Positions 1 through 8,879 of a stretch of DNA of 31,683 nucleotides are shown piece after piece. Within the stretch, counting starts at the first letter, position 1. Each line of letters starts with the position of its first letter. The DNA comes from a virus (Duplodnaviria; Heunggongvirae; Uroviricota; Caudoviricetes). A program made the translations under genes and the position numbers. The DNA lies in the IMG/VR virus record IMGVR_UViG_2711768054_000002, one strand, 5' to 3'. The notes beneath the pieces are model-generated. The model worked only from the letters and a program-made list of their open reading frames with translations. It had not been told where the DNA came from and made no database searches.

Positions 1-996
1 TTATGGACGCATTATGGACATTCCTGACACCGGGTTAAGAGTCACAGCATCTTGTAAGAAATCCGGTGCAAAGTGTGCGTAGGTCATAGTTTGCTGAATG
101 TTAGAATGACCCAGGATGCGCTGCAATGTGATTATGTTACCTCCATTCATTATAAAATGTGTGGCAAATGTATGCCTCAAAACATGTACTGCTTGTCCGT
201 CAGGTAAATCGGGTTTTACTTCCCTGAGAGCGTTACGCACTTTGTAGTAACTGGCATTAAAAAGCCTGCCTGAATTTTTGGTCTTGATCCGTTTAATCAG
301 GTCCTGCGAAACGGGAATTGTCCTGCGTTTTCCGTTTTTAGTTTTCATAAACGTAACCATCTGGTTAATGATGTGTTCAGCTTTTAAATTAGACACTTCA
401 CTCCAGCGTCCACCAGTAGAAAGGCAGACCAGAGTTGCATTTAATTCATCACCATCAAGCATGGATAACAGCCGCGTAATCTCTTCACTGGACAAAAAAG
501 CCATTTCCGTAACAGCTTCACGTAACCGTTTAATCTCACGGAACGGGTTGTGGGAGTGGTATTCACCGGCGTCAATTAACTTGGTGAACATCCCGCTCAT
601 TATTGCCAGATGTCGATTTACGCTGGCTGGTTTTAGACCATCGTTCATCATTACAACGCGATAATCAGTTATCGTTTTCTTTGTTAGCTGGTCAGCTCTG
701 GACACTCCCATTTCTGCAAATTTGGCGATTATTGTCGTTAAACGCCCCCGTTCAATATCTCCACGCTCATGTGATTTTCCGTGATATATCCACCATCTAC
801 CTAACAACTCTGTAAGAGTTCGGCGGTCGGCTGGTTTCTCCAACCACTCTTTGTTGTGGTAGTTAACCAGTACATGACGTTCGAATGCCTGAGCTTCACC
901 TTTAGTTTTAAATTTCCGCCTGATACGTTTTCCATCTGCACCCTGCGGTCTGACGTCCACTTCATAACGACCATCATCGAGCTTTTTAATAGACAT
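1..996 (-). CDS. int: Tyrosine-type site-specific integrase (P2 Int-like)
   Basis: 331-aa ORF; N-terminus MSIKKLDDGRYEVDVRP and C-terminal HxLRHTFAT...ILGH...TMTYAHF catalytic region resemble P2 Int; stop codon at 1-3 so the ORF appears complete; first gene of the prophage as in P2. Confidence 0.93.
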   Translation of the reverse strand: MSIKKLDDGRYEVDVRPQGADGKRIRRKFKTKGEAQAFERHVLVNYHNKEWLEKPADRRTLTELLGRWWIYHGKSHERGDIERGRLTTIIAKFAEMGVSRADQLTKKTITDYRVVMMNDGLKPASVNRHLAIMSGMFTKLIDAGEYHSHNPFREIKRLREAVTEMAFLSSEEITRLLSMLDGDELNATLVCLSTGGRWSEVSNLKAEHIINQMVTFMKTKNGKRRTIPVSQDLIKRIKTKNSGRLFNASYYKVRNALREVKPDLPDGQAVHVLRHTFATHFIMNGGNIITLQRILGHSNIQQTMTYAHFAPDFLQDAVTLNPVSGMSIMRP

Positions 997-1089
997 AAAG
1001 CCCTCCGATGACGCTGTTTACTTCTACTACTTGAAAATTAATGCAATTTTCTTTCGTACATTTACTACACACATATGCTGAATAAATCG

Positions 1090-1389
1090 TCAGCCAGTCT
1101 TCTGGTCTGAGTGGTGCAAGGTTGTTGAGTCTTGCCCAATGTGTGCGAGAGCCGGGGCTATTTGTCCAGCTGCTGGATCTGTTTCATCAAACATGAACCA
1201 GTCACGATACTTGCGAAAGCGTGGATGCTTAAACAGCTTCATACCTGCTTCCATAGGCATTTTTGATTTTCCTGATTCATATCCATGATATGTGTAGTAA
1301 TTAATTCCAATTAATTCAGCAAGTTCCTTAGTTTTAAGGCGTTCGGATTCACGGATGAGCTTTAGTTTCTCACTTTGTTCACTTGACAT
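1090..1389 (-). CDS. C: Immunity repressor C (HTH DNA-binding)
   Basis: Track ORF 1090..1407 begins with TTG; the ATG at 1389 (SD-like GGAGA upstream on minus strand) gives 99 aa, the length I recall for P2 C; C-terminus GQIAPALAH...QKTG resembles P2 C; transcribed divergently from cox. Confidence 0.85.
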   Translation of the reverse strand: MSSEQSEKLKLIRESERLKTKELAELIGINYYTYHGYESGKSKMPMEAGMKLFKHPRFRKYRDWFMFDETDPAAGQIAPALAHIGQDSTTLHHSDQKTG

Positions 1390-1497
1390 AATTTTGCTAA
1401 TCTCCAATTATATTGCTACTTGGCAATTTGTGATTCACTCAAAAAGGCTCTAGATGGCTCCAGTTGGTGAATCGCAAATCTTATGGAGGATAGCAAA
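1390..1497. promoter_or_regulatory. Lysis-lysogeny switch region between divergent C and cox (expected Pc/Pe promoters and operators)
   Basis: Inferred from position by analogy to P2; I could not assign -35/-10 hexamers or operator repeats with confidence. Confidence 0.5.
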
Positions 1498-1854
1498 GTG
1501 ACGACAAATGTAGAAATTTCTTGTCCAACTAGCGATGAGGCAAGTTTCGAAAATGAAGCCAAACGTAAAAGCATTCAGATTTCAGAGCGCCCATCTGATT
1601 TGCTGTCGAAAGAAGGTTTTGCTCTTTACATCGGTAAGACACCACGCGCGGTGGCTGAAATGGCTAAAGCAGGAAAGCTGCCAGCCTTCTACATGACAGA
1701 CCCATTAAAACCAAGAGGGAAAGCTGAATTATGGATTAATCGCCGTGAGTGGGACAAGTACGCAGCCCAACTGGTTGATGAAGCTCCGACAGAATGGCAT
1801 GACTGGAAAAATCGCATTAGTTACAGCAAATCAAGACATGGCCGTGCGGCTTAA
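1483..1854 (+). CDS. cox: Cox-like excisionase/early repressor (start uncertain: ATG 1483 or GTG 1498)
   Basis: Core GKTPRAVAEMAKAGKLPAFYMTDP resembles the P2 Cox helix-turn-helix region; GGAGGA at 1486-1490 favours the in-frame GTG at 1498; the ORF is longer than the 91 aa I recall for P2 Cox. Confidence 0.75.
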   Translation: MEDSKVTTNVEISCPTSDEASFENEAKRKSIQISERPSDLLSKEGFALYIGKTPRAVAEMAKAGKLPAFYMTDPLKPRGKAELWINRREWDKYAAQLVDEAPTEWHDWKNRISYSKSRHGRAA

Positions 1855-1864
1855 GGTGGAAAGG

Positions 1865-2035
1865 ATGAACGAGCCTCGTTGTATTGCTCAGTTATTGCGT
1901 AACGAAAGCCCCAGGGCGATTGACTTCACCATCACCCACGGGAAGGGTCGCAAGGGAATCATTATCCGCACCAAAAAACAGAGTCCGTTAAAAAAGGCTC
2001 TGACCTTTCTGAAAAGCCGGAGGTTCTGGAAATGA
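1865..2035 (+). CDS. Small early protein, P2 orf78 position
   Basis: ATG at 1865 preceded by AAGGTGGAAAGG; 56 aa; stop overlaps the B start (ATGA at 2032-2035). The longer track ORF 1745..2035 starts with GTG inside cox and was trimmed. Confidence 0.55.
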   Translation: MNEPRCIAQLLRNESPRAIDFTITHGKGRKGIIIRTKKQSPLKKALTFLKSRRFWK

Positions 2036-2532
2036 CAGTGATGACGCTCAATCTCGTCGAAAAACAGCCAGCAACTATGCGCCGGATAATTGGTAAGCAT
2101 CTGGCCGTCCCTCGCTGGCAGGATACATGTGATTATTATAATCAGATGATGGAGCGCGAACGGTTAACGGTTTGCTTTCATGCGCAGTTAAAACAGCGTC
2201 ACGCAACGATGCGTTTTGAAGAAATGAACGACGTCGAACGTGAACGGCTGGTTTGTGCAATTGATGAATTGCGTGGGGCATTCTCAAAACGCCGTCAGGT
2301 TGGCGCAAGTGAGTATGCATATATTAGTTTTTTAACAGTCAGTCAGCGTCGTACTTTATTTATGCATGCCGGATTGACTGAAAAAGAATTCAACCAGCCA
2401 TACTGGCGAATTAATGAAGAGTCATGTTACTGGCGTGATGCTTTATTCCGTGCATTACGTGAATTATTCAGCCTGTTTGAGTATGCACCGACAATTCTGA
2501 CGTCGGTAAAACCAGAGCAATATCTGCATTAA
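2032..2532 (+). CDS. B: Replication protein B (helicase-loader-like)
   Basis: 166 aa, the length of P2 B; position after cox and before A as in P2. Confidence 0.8.
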   Translation: MTVMTLNLVEKQPATMRRIIGKHLAVPRWQDTCDYYNQMMERERLTVCFHAQLKQRHATMRFEEMNDVERERLVCAIDELRGAFSKRRQVGASEYAYISFLTVSQRRTLFMHAGLTEKEFNQPYWRINEESCYWRDALFRALRELFSLFEYAPTILTSVKPEQYLH

Positions 2533-2595
2533 GTAATTAACCAGAGTTTTTAACGCACTTAATCGTGCGGGGCTTCTTTTTGCCTGGAGAAAGTC

Positions 2596-2820
2596 ATGCA
2601 TACAGTTTCTGAAAATCAGTGCGGTAAATACGCATTACTGCTGCAACAGGCCAGAACCGAAGCACAGGCCGACGCTGCGACGCGCTTTTCTTCTCATCTT
2701 GACGCCATGATTCGCCATATCACAAAGGCGGAGTTATCCCGCGTGGAGATAGTCGAGCTGCTCAGTCAGGAGTCGGAAAAATTTCACAATATCGGATTGT
2801 CTCGCGGGGAGGTGCTTTGA
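2596..2820 (+). CDS. Hypothetical early protein (P2 orf80 position)
   Basis: 74-aa ORF with GGAGA SD upstream; position matches P2 orf80. Confidence 0.6.
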   Translation: MHTVSENQCGKYALLLQQARTEAQADAATRFSSHLDAMIRHITKAELSRVEIVELLSQESEKFHNIGLSRGEVL

Positions 2821-3122
2821 TGTCCTGTTCTCATTCAGTTGTATTACTGAATAACGCCTTAAAAATCGCCGTTATGAAAAATGGCGATTTGTCTCTTATT
2901 CAACTTTGTCTTGATAAAGAAAAACGCGACATAACTGAATCTGTTATCGCGATTTATCAGAATGAATTAAACCTCCTGTCTGATGTGGTCAATTTACTTG
3001 TTAAACGCGCTGTATTTCATAAGCAAATTTCATCCGTGGATGAACTGACAAAATTAACGACAGAAATCGCCAGCTATTGCGCTGATGAATTTAAGAAGCT
3101 GAACGACAAAAGGAGCTGGTAA
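2817..3122 (+). CDS. Hypothetical early protein (P2 orf81 position)
   Basis: 101-aa ORF, start overlaps previous stop (ATGA); visibly AT-richer than neighbours. Confidence 0.6.
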   Translation: MMSCSHSVVLLNNALKIAVMKNGDLSLIQLCLDKEKRDITESVIAIYQNELNLLSDVVNLLVKRAVFHKQISSVDELTKLTTEIASYCADEFKKLNDKRSW

Positions 3123-3346
3123 TGCCGGACAACATAGATTTTATTCAGGAACAACAGGCTGAATTACTGGAGCGCCAGATTAACGCGGCAAGGGTAAAAC
3201 ATAGCGGTGTTTCTGCGCTGGTTTGCGAAGAGTGTGACGCGCCAATACCTGCTGCCCGTCGTGCAGCTTATCCGTCAGCCACGCGTTGTGTTTCCTGCCA
3301 GTCAGTCTTTGAAGCAAAAAACAAGCATTACCGGAGAATGGCATGA
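3122..3346 (+). CDS. TraR/DksA-family C4 zinc-finger protein (P2 orf82-like)
   Basis: 74 aa with CEEC...x17...CVSC four-cysteine motif typical of the TraR/DksA zinc finger. Confidence 0.8.
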   Translation: MPDNIDFIQEQQAELLERQINAARVKHSGVSALVCEECDAPIPAARRAAYPSATRCVSCQSVFEAKNKHYRRMA

Positions 3347-3618
3347 GTATTCGTATCGAAATTGGCGAACGTTATGTCGTTACCAGTGACAGCTTTCAGT
3401 TTATTCTCCACGAGAAAAAGAGAGCGGAAAGCGGTAAAAACGCCGGTCAGGAATGGCTGGCGGTGGTTGGTTATTACCCGAAATTAAGCCAGCTCGTTTC
3501 CGGCCTGATGCATCACGATATTCTGACCGGAAGCGCAAAGTCTTTTGCTGATTTAAACGCGCAGGTTGAGCAACTCAGCAAGCGTTGTTCTGAGGCTTTT
3601 GGCTCATATGGCCGTTAA
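3343..3618 (+). CDS. Hypothetical early protein (P2 orf83 position)
   Basis: 91-aa ORF, translationally coupled to neighbours. Confidence 0.6.
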   Translation: MSIRIEIGERYVVTSDSFQFILHEKKRAESGKNAGQEWLAVVGYYPKLSQLVSGLMHHDILTGSAKSFADLNAQVEQLSKRCSEAFGSYGR

Positions 3619-5875
3619 AGCCTCCGGGCGTTTTGTCCCTCCGTCAGCATTTGCCGCAGGCACCGGTAAGGCGTTTACCGGTGCTTATGCATGGAACGCG
3701 CCACGCGAGGCTGTCGGGCGCGAAAGACCTCTTACACGTGACGAGATGCGTCAGGTGCAAGGTGTTTTATCCACGATTAATCGCCTGCCTTACTTTTTGC
3801 GCTCGCTGTTTACTTCACGCTATGACTACATCCGGCGCAATAAAAGCCCGGTGCACGGGTTTTATTTCCTCACATCCACTTTTCAGCGTCGTTTATGGCC
3901 GCGCATTGAGCGTGTTAATCAGCGCCATGAAATGAACACCGACGCGTCGTTGCTGTTTCTGGCAGAGCGTGACCACTATGCGCGCCTGCCTGGAATGAAT
4001 GACAAGGAGCTGAAAAAGTTTGCCGCCCGTATCTCATCGCAGCTTTTCATAATGTATGAGGAACTCTGCGATGCCTGGGTGGATGCGCATGGCGAGAAAG
4101 AATCGCTGTTTACGGATGAGGCGCAGGCTCACCTGTATGGTCATGTTGCTGGCGCTGCACGTGCTTTCAATATTTCCCCGCTCTACTGGAAAAAATACCG
4201 TAAAGGGCAGATGACCACGAGGCAGGCATATTCTGCCATTGCCCGTCTGTTTAACGATGAGTGGTGGACTCATCAGCTTAAAGGCCAGCGTATGCGCTGG
4301 CATGAGGCGTTACTGATTGCTGTCGGGGAGGTCAATAAAGACCGTTCTCCTTATGCCAGTAAACATGCCATTCGTGATGTGCGTGCGCGCCGCCAGGCAA
4401 ATCTGGAATTTCTTAAATCGTGTGACCTTGAAAACAAGGAAACCGGCGAGCGCATCGACCTTATCAGTAAGATGATGGGCAGTATTTCTAATCCCGAAAT
4501 TCGCCGGATGGAGCTGATGAACACCATCGCCGGTATTGAGCGTTACGCTGCCGCAGAGGGTGATGTGGGGATGTTTATCACGCTGACCGCGCCGTCAAAG
4601 TATCACCCGACACGTCAGGTCAGAAAAGGCGAAAGTAAAACCGTCCAGCTAAATCACGGCTGGAATGATGAGGCATTTAATCCAAAGGATGCGCAGCGTT
4701 ATCTCTGCCGTATCTGGAGCCTGATGCGCACGGCATTCAAGGATAATGATTTACAGGCCTACGGTTTGCGTGTTGTTGAACCACACCACGACGGAACGCC
4801 GCACTGGCATATGATGCTTTTTTGTAATCCACGCCAGCGTAACCAGATTATTGAAATCATGCGTCGCTATGCGCTCAAAGAGGATGGCGACGAAAGAGGA
4901 GCCGCGCGAAACCGTTTTCAGGCAAAACACCTTAACCGGGGCGGTGCTGCGGGATATATCGCGAAATACATTTCAAAAAATATCGACGGCTATGCACTGG
5001 ATGGTCAGCTCGATAACGATACCGGCAGACCGCTGAAAGATACTGCGGCGGCTGTTACCGCATGGGCGTCAACGTGGCGCATCCCGCAATTTAAAACGGT
5101 TGGCCTGCCGACAATGGGAGCTTACCGTGAGCTACGTAAATTGCCTCGCGGCGTCAGCATTGCTGATGAATTTGACGAACGCGTGGAGGCTGCACGCGCC
5201 GCCGCAGACAGTGGCGATTTTGCGTTGTATATCAGCGCGCAGGGCGGGGCAAATGTCCCGCGCGATTGTCAGACTGTCAGGGTCGCCCGTAGCCCGTCGG
5301 ATGACGTTAACGAATACGAGGAAGAAGTCGAGAGAGTGGTCGGCATTTACGCGCCGCATCTCGGCGCGCGTCATATTCATATCACCAGAACGACGGACTG
5401 GCGCATTGTGCCGAAAGTTCCGGTCGTTGAGCCTTTGACTTTAAAAAGCGGCATCGCCGCGCCTCGGAGTCCTGTCAATAACTGTGGAAAGGTCACCGGT
5501 TGTGATACTTCGTTACCGGCTCCCACACCTTCTGAGCACGCCGCAGCAGTGCTTAATCTGGTTGATGACGGTGTTATCGAATGGAATGACCCGGAGGTTG
5601 TGAGGGCGCTCAGGGGCGCATTAAAACACGGCCTGAGAACGCCAAATCGTCAGCAAAGAAACGGAAGCCCGTTAAAACCACATGAAATTGCACCATCGGC
5701 CAGACTGACCCGGTCGGAAAGAATGCAAATTACCCGTATCCGCGTTGACCTTGCTCAGAACGGTATCAGGCCGCAGCGATGGGAGCTTGAGGCGTTGGCG
5801 CGCGGGGCAACAGTAATTTATGACGGTGAGCGGTTTAGTTATGCTGTAAAAGACGATTGGGTGATGTTTTCTTAA
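3608..5875 (+). CDS. A: Replication initiation endonuclease A (rolling-circle initiator)
   Basis: Track ORF starts at TTG 3566; the ATG at 3608 gives MAVKASGRFVPP, the P2 gpA-like N-terminus; contains HWHMMLF and YIAKYISK motifs of this family. The P2 origin lies inside A; I did not locate it here. Confidence 0.92.
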   Translation: MAVKASGRFVPPSAFAAGTGKAFTGAYAWNAPREAVGRERPLTRDEMRQVQGVLSTINRLPYFLRSLFTSRYDYIRRNKSPVHGFYFLTSTFQRRLWPRIERVNQRHEMNTDASLLFLAERDHYARLPGMNDKELKKFAARISSQLFIMYEELCDAWVDAHGEKESLFTDEAQAHLYGHVAGAARAFNISPLYWKKYRKGQMTTRQAYSAIARLFNDEWWTHQLKGQRMRWHEALLIAVGEVNKDRSPYASKHAIRDVRARRQANLEFLKSCDLENKETGERIDLISKMMGSISNPEIRRMELMNTIAGIERYAAAEGDVGMFITLTAPSKYHPTRQVRKGESKTVQLNHGWNDEAFNPKDAQRYLCRIWSLMRTAFKDNDLQAYGLRVVEPHHDGTPHWHMMLFCNPRQRNQIIEIMRRYALKEDGDERGAARNRFQAKHLNRGGAAGYIAKYISKNIDGYALDGQLDNDTGRPLKDTAAAVTAWASTWRIPQFKTVGLPTMGAYRELRKLPRGVSIADEFDERVEAARAAADSGDFALYISAQGGANVPRDCQTVRVARSPSDDVNEYEEEVERVVGIYAPHLGARHIHITRTTDWRIVPKVPVVEPLTLKSGIAAPRSPVNNCGKVTGCDTSLPAPTPSEHAAAVLNLVDDGVIEWNDPEVVRALRGALKHGLRTPNRQQRNGSPLKPHEIAPSARLTRSERMQITRIRVDLAQNGIRPQRWELEALARGATVIYDGERFSYAVKDDWVMFS

Positions 5876-5958
5876 ACTGATGGCATCATGATACATTAAC
5901 AAATCTGAAGCAATGCTTTAGTAGTCGTGCATTAATAACTTATAAGGAATTATTATCG

Positions 5959-7281
5959 ATGAGTGCGTTAAGGGATGAAGTATCTATGAAGGTTGCGTTC
6001 TCTAATGGCATGATAAACAAATTATGCAAAAGTTTTTTTTATAGTCATGGTAAGGAGCAGCCTTGTATTCAAGTCGGTAAAGCATTAGAAGATTTTGCTT
6101 TTTGGCTTGCATATAATGATGAGGAGATTGCAAAATGTGCTAGTAGGTTATTAAAAGCATATGGCCCCCAATTAGGTATAAGTGACCTTCACAATGCGAA
6201 AAGATTATTGTTAGGTTTTTGTTCTGAAGCCTTCAATCGCATTGATGCTGATTTTCTGTCGCTTAATCCTGATAAGATTTGTGTTGATGATATTATAACG
6301 CAAGTTCATAGAAAAAATCTTAGTGAGATGTTTAAGTATTATATACTTTCACGAATAAAATCCTGTCCGTATATTTATAATCTTGGGTGTGCTGGCTTTG
6401 ATGGGAAGCTTGAGCTTAGAGAAAATTTATTTTTATATGGCCCGGGGCTAGGGGTGGAATTACTTTCTGATATTAAAGACAAAACTGACATCAAGGTTCC
6501 TGTTGATTTTTATGATGATGAATATATGCGGCATAAACCAATTGGGAAATATTTTCGACAGTCAAAATCCTGCTTGGTGGTGGCATATGCTTCATCAGAG
6601 GATAAAGCGGTGAAAATGTTTGATAGTTTGTTTGGAGCTTTATGTCTTGCGGTTGATAATCCTTTTGCGATTAATCGAGTTGCTGTTAATAATCTAGTTG
6701 AGTCTTTTGGTGTCGGGAAATATCATGAAAGTGAGTTTCGGGTGAATATTCCGTCTGTATATAATTTAAATATAACGGATTCAGCCTTGGCGATACTTAC
6801 AAAAATACTTTCATCACCTGATAAAAGGATGTTGTCTGCTCTTTCCTTTATAGCGCACGGGTGGAGGGATGACAAACGTGAAAGGTTTTTGAATCAATTT
6901 ATAGCATTGGATGCTATGTATGGAACCAATAATGGTAATAAAAATTCAATTATTGGCGGTGTTTGCAGAGATGCGGCGAAAATTATTGATATTGATTCAA
7001 AAATAGGAATAATCTATGAGCTTAGGTGTAAGTTTGTTCATGGAGATATTTCATCGTTATCTGATAATGATAGCTATCGAAAGTTTATTGATAGCTATGG
7101 CGTGGACCCTATTGTTTCTCTTTTTGAAATTCTTAAAGAATGCGTCCTTAATTATAATGGTACTTACAAAACGCCAAAAGATGTTGGAAAGGCAGATAGG
7201 TCTATTTGCGTTCCTGCTGAGTTGCTTCCAGCGGTTGAGAGGATGATAGCGGAATACAGTGGAGTTAAAAAAACAAACTAA
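5959..7281 (+). CDS. Hypothetical 440-aa cargo protein in the A-Q variable region; R-x4-H (HEPN-like) motif
   Basis: Clean ATG with AAGGA SD; visibly AT-rich relative to flanking phage genes; occupies the P2 tin/old position; motif ELRCKFVHGD at residues 355-364 (nt 7021-7050); no Walker A motif, so not Old-like. Confidence 0.75.
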   Translation: MSALRDEVSMKVAFSNGMINKLCKSFFYSHGKEQPCIQVGKALEDFAFWLAYNDEEIAKCASRLLKAYGPQLGISDLHNAKRLLLGFCSEAFNRIDADFLSLNPDKICVDDIITQVHRKNLSEMFKYYILSRIKSCPYIYNLGCAGFDGKLELRENLFLYGPGLGVELLSDIKDKTDIKVPVDFYDDEYMRHKPIGKYFRQSKSCLVVAYASSEDKAVKMFDSLFGALCLAVDNPFAINRVAVNNLVESFGVGKYHESEFRVNIPSVYNLNITDSALAILTKILSSPDKRMLSALSFIAHGWRDDKRERFLNQFIALDAMYGTNNGNKNSIIGGVCRDAAKIIDIDSKIGIIYELRCKFVHGDISSLSDNDSYRKFIDSYGVDPIVSLFEILKECVLNYNGTYKTPKDVGKADRSICVPAELLPAVERMIAEYSGVKKTN

Positions 7282-7422
7282 AGATGTTCTTTTTAGCCTC
7301 GCCTGCATTAGGTGCATAAATTTGCATTCATTTTCAAATATATCTTTTGACAGCGAGCACCAGAACAGGCGCTTGCCGGGGGGATGATGCACCTGCATTA
7401 AAACCGCCCCATGAAGCGGGCG

Positions 7423-7441
7423 GGCGAGGCGGGGAAAGCAC
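7423..7441. other. cos cohesive-end site
   Basis: Exact GGCGAGGCGGGGAAAGCAC, the P2 19-nt cohesive end as I recall it, in the expected position between the A side and Q. Confidence 0.85.
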
Positions 7442-7685
7442 TGCGCGCAATTGTTCATTTTGTCATATATGTAATTTGATTTGAGTAACTATCCGCATAT
7501 TGTTAACCAAGTGTATAACTGCGATAAAAATGTGTCTATTAGGTTGTATTGACTTGATTTAATATAAGAGAATGGTTAGATTCGTACACGTGGCATTTGG
7601 TTGTGCAATCGTGTTGTTGCACGCTAAATAATAACCTTGTGTTCTTTTTATTTAATTTGCTGGTTAAGTTTTTATAGGAAATAAA

Positions 7686-8687
7686 ATGAGTATTATAATT
7701 GATGAGTCAAATGAAAAAAATAATGGGGTTAATAGTGGGTTACCTGCTTCTCGGGATATTAATACTAGCATTCGTATTTATCAGCAAATTTATCAACATA
7801 TAACGGGAACAACAGAAACAATAAGGCAGAGAACCTCTGAGAATTTACTTATAAATATCGATGAGATAAGAAGCGTTCATCAAAAAATAAATCAATTGTG
7901 TGATGTTCATAATATTATATCGAAAAATGAAACGGTAACTATTTTACATTCAAAAGATAGAAAGGAACAGTTTACCTCTTTTGATAAGTTTGCAATGTCG
8001 AGTAGTGCGGGAAGTAGTCCAACAATTAGTGTAATTTTAAAATATAACTTTGCAATTTTATCGACAGGGGCATCATTACCTAACCACTATGAAGTTACTG
8101 TTAAATTAGCATCAAGAATTGCTATGCAGAAAGAAATGGAAGAAGATGCGCCACCTTTCATTAGGGGGCGTTTTGTTGCATTCATGCTCACCAGTTCAGC
8201 AGAAATAGTTGTTGAATATGCTGATTATGTAGTGGCTAGAGGTTTTATCGAAGCATTTAAAGAATGGGTTGAAGGATGTCAAAGAGTTACAAACAAAATA
8301 CCATTGATACAGCAAGCTCAAAGGATATCGTATTTAATTCCACTGATTATGCGGTTTTCTTTTTCTATATTGATTTTAAGTTATGCACTGTACAATGTTG
8401 GTGAATATATTGATATTGGTGATAAAGAAAGGTTAGTAAAATTTTTAATGCTCTTTCTTGGTGCGTTTTCTATTATCCCATTGTTAGCGGAGCATTTAGG
8501 TGAAGGCCTAGAGAGATTAATTGATGGTTATACTCCAGCATCGTACATTGTATTAAATAAGGGTGATGAGAGGTTGTATGATGAATATAGTAAGAAGCGA
8601 AAGAAGAGTATTTTAAGAGTGGTGTTAAATATAGTTTCAACAGTTGTTCTAGGTATTGTTTCAGCTAGGCTGGACAAATTATTATAA
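7686..8687 (+). CDS. Hypothetical 333-aa membrane cargo protein between cos and Q
   Basis: ATG with AGGA SD; very AT-rich (about 32% GC on one line counted by hand); soluble N-terminal domain, then three hydrophobic segments (ISYLIPLIMRFSFSILILSYALY, LVKFLMLFLGAFSIIPLL, ILRVVLNIVSTVVLGIVSA). Confidence 0.75.
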   Translation: MSIIIDESNEKNNGVNSGLPASRDINTSIRIYQQIYQHITGTTETIRQRTSENLLINIDEIRSVHQKINQLCDVHNIISKNETVTILHSKDRKEQFTSFDKFAMSSSAGSSPTISVILKYNFAILSTGASLPNHYEVTVKLASRIAMQKEMEEDAPPFIRGRFVAFMLTSSAEIVVEYADYVVARGFIEAFKEWVEGCQRVTNKIPLIQQAQRISYLIPLIMRFSFSILILSYALYNVGEYIDIGDKERLVKFLMLFLGAFSIIPLLAEHLGEGLERLIDGYTPASYIVLNKGDERLYDEYSKKRKKSILRVVLNIVSTVVLGIVSARLDKLL

Positions 8688-8850
8688 CTGGAGTTGGCCA
8701 CATTTTATGTGGCCAACGTAACGGCGTGGTAGTGACAGTTTTTTTGCGTCTGAGCGCGTCGTGATGGCATTTAGTCGGCCTGCCGGGGCGTTGGTGTGTC
8801 TGCGGGGTGTTTTGTGCGGTGGTGAGCGTGTGAGGCCGTGATGACGGGTT

Positions 8851-8874
8851 GTAAAAAAGCCGCCCGCAGGCGGC
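8851..8874 (-). terminator. Rho-independent terminator downstream of Q
   Basis: GCCGCC-CGCA-GGCGGC hairpin (8859-8874) followed on the minus strand by a U6 tract (complement of AAAAAA 8853-8858), just past the Q stop. Confidence 0.7.
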
Positions 8875-8879
8875 GATGT

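Noticed and set aside
2533-2595. Weak hairpin CGCAC-TTAATC-GTGCG followed by a T-rich stretch after B, considered as a terminator
   Set aside because: Only a 5-bp stem with an interrupted T-tract; the downstream genes appear co-transcribed with B in P2.
5959-7281. Identity of the 440-aa protein as P2 Old
   Set aside because: Old is an ATPase with a P-loop; I see no GxxxxGK[ST] motif, and the size and composition differ.
7057-7458. 133-aa minus-strand ORF spanning the cos site
   Set aside because: It overlaps the 3' end of the 440-aa gene and crosses cos, and has no SD; likely spurious.
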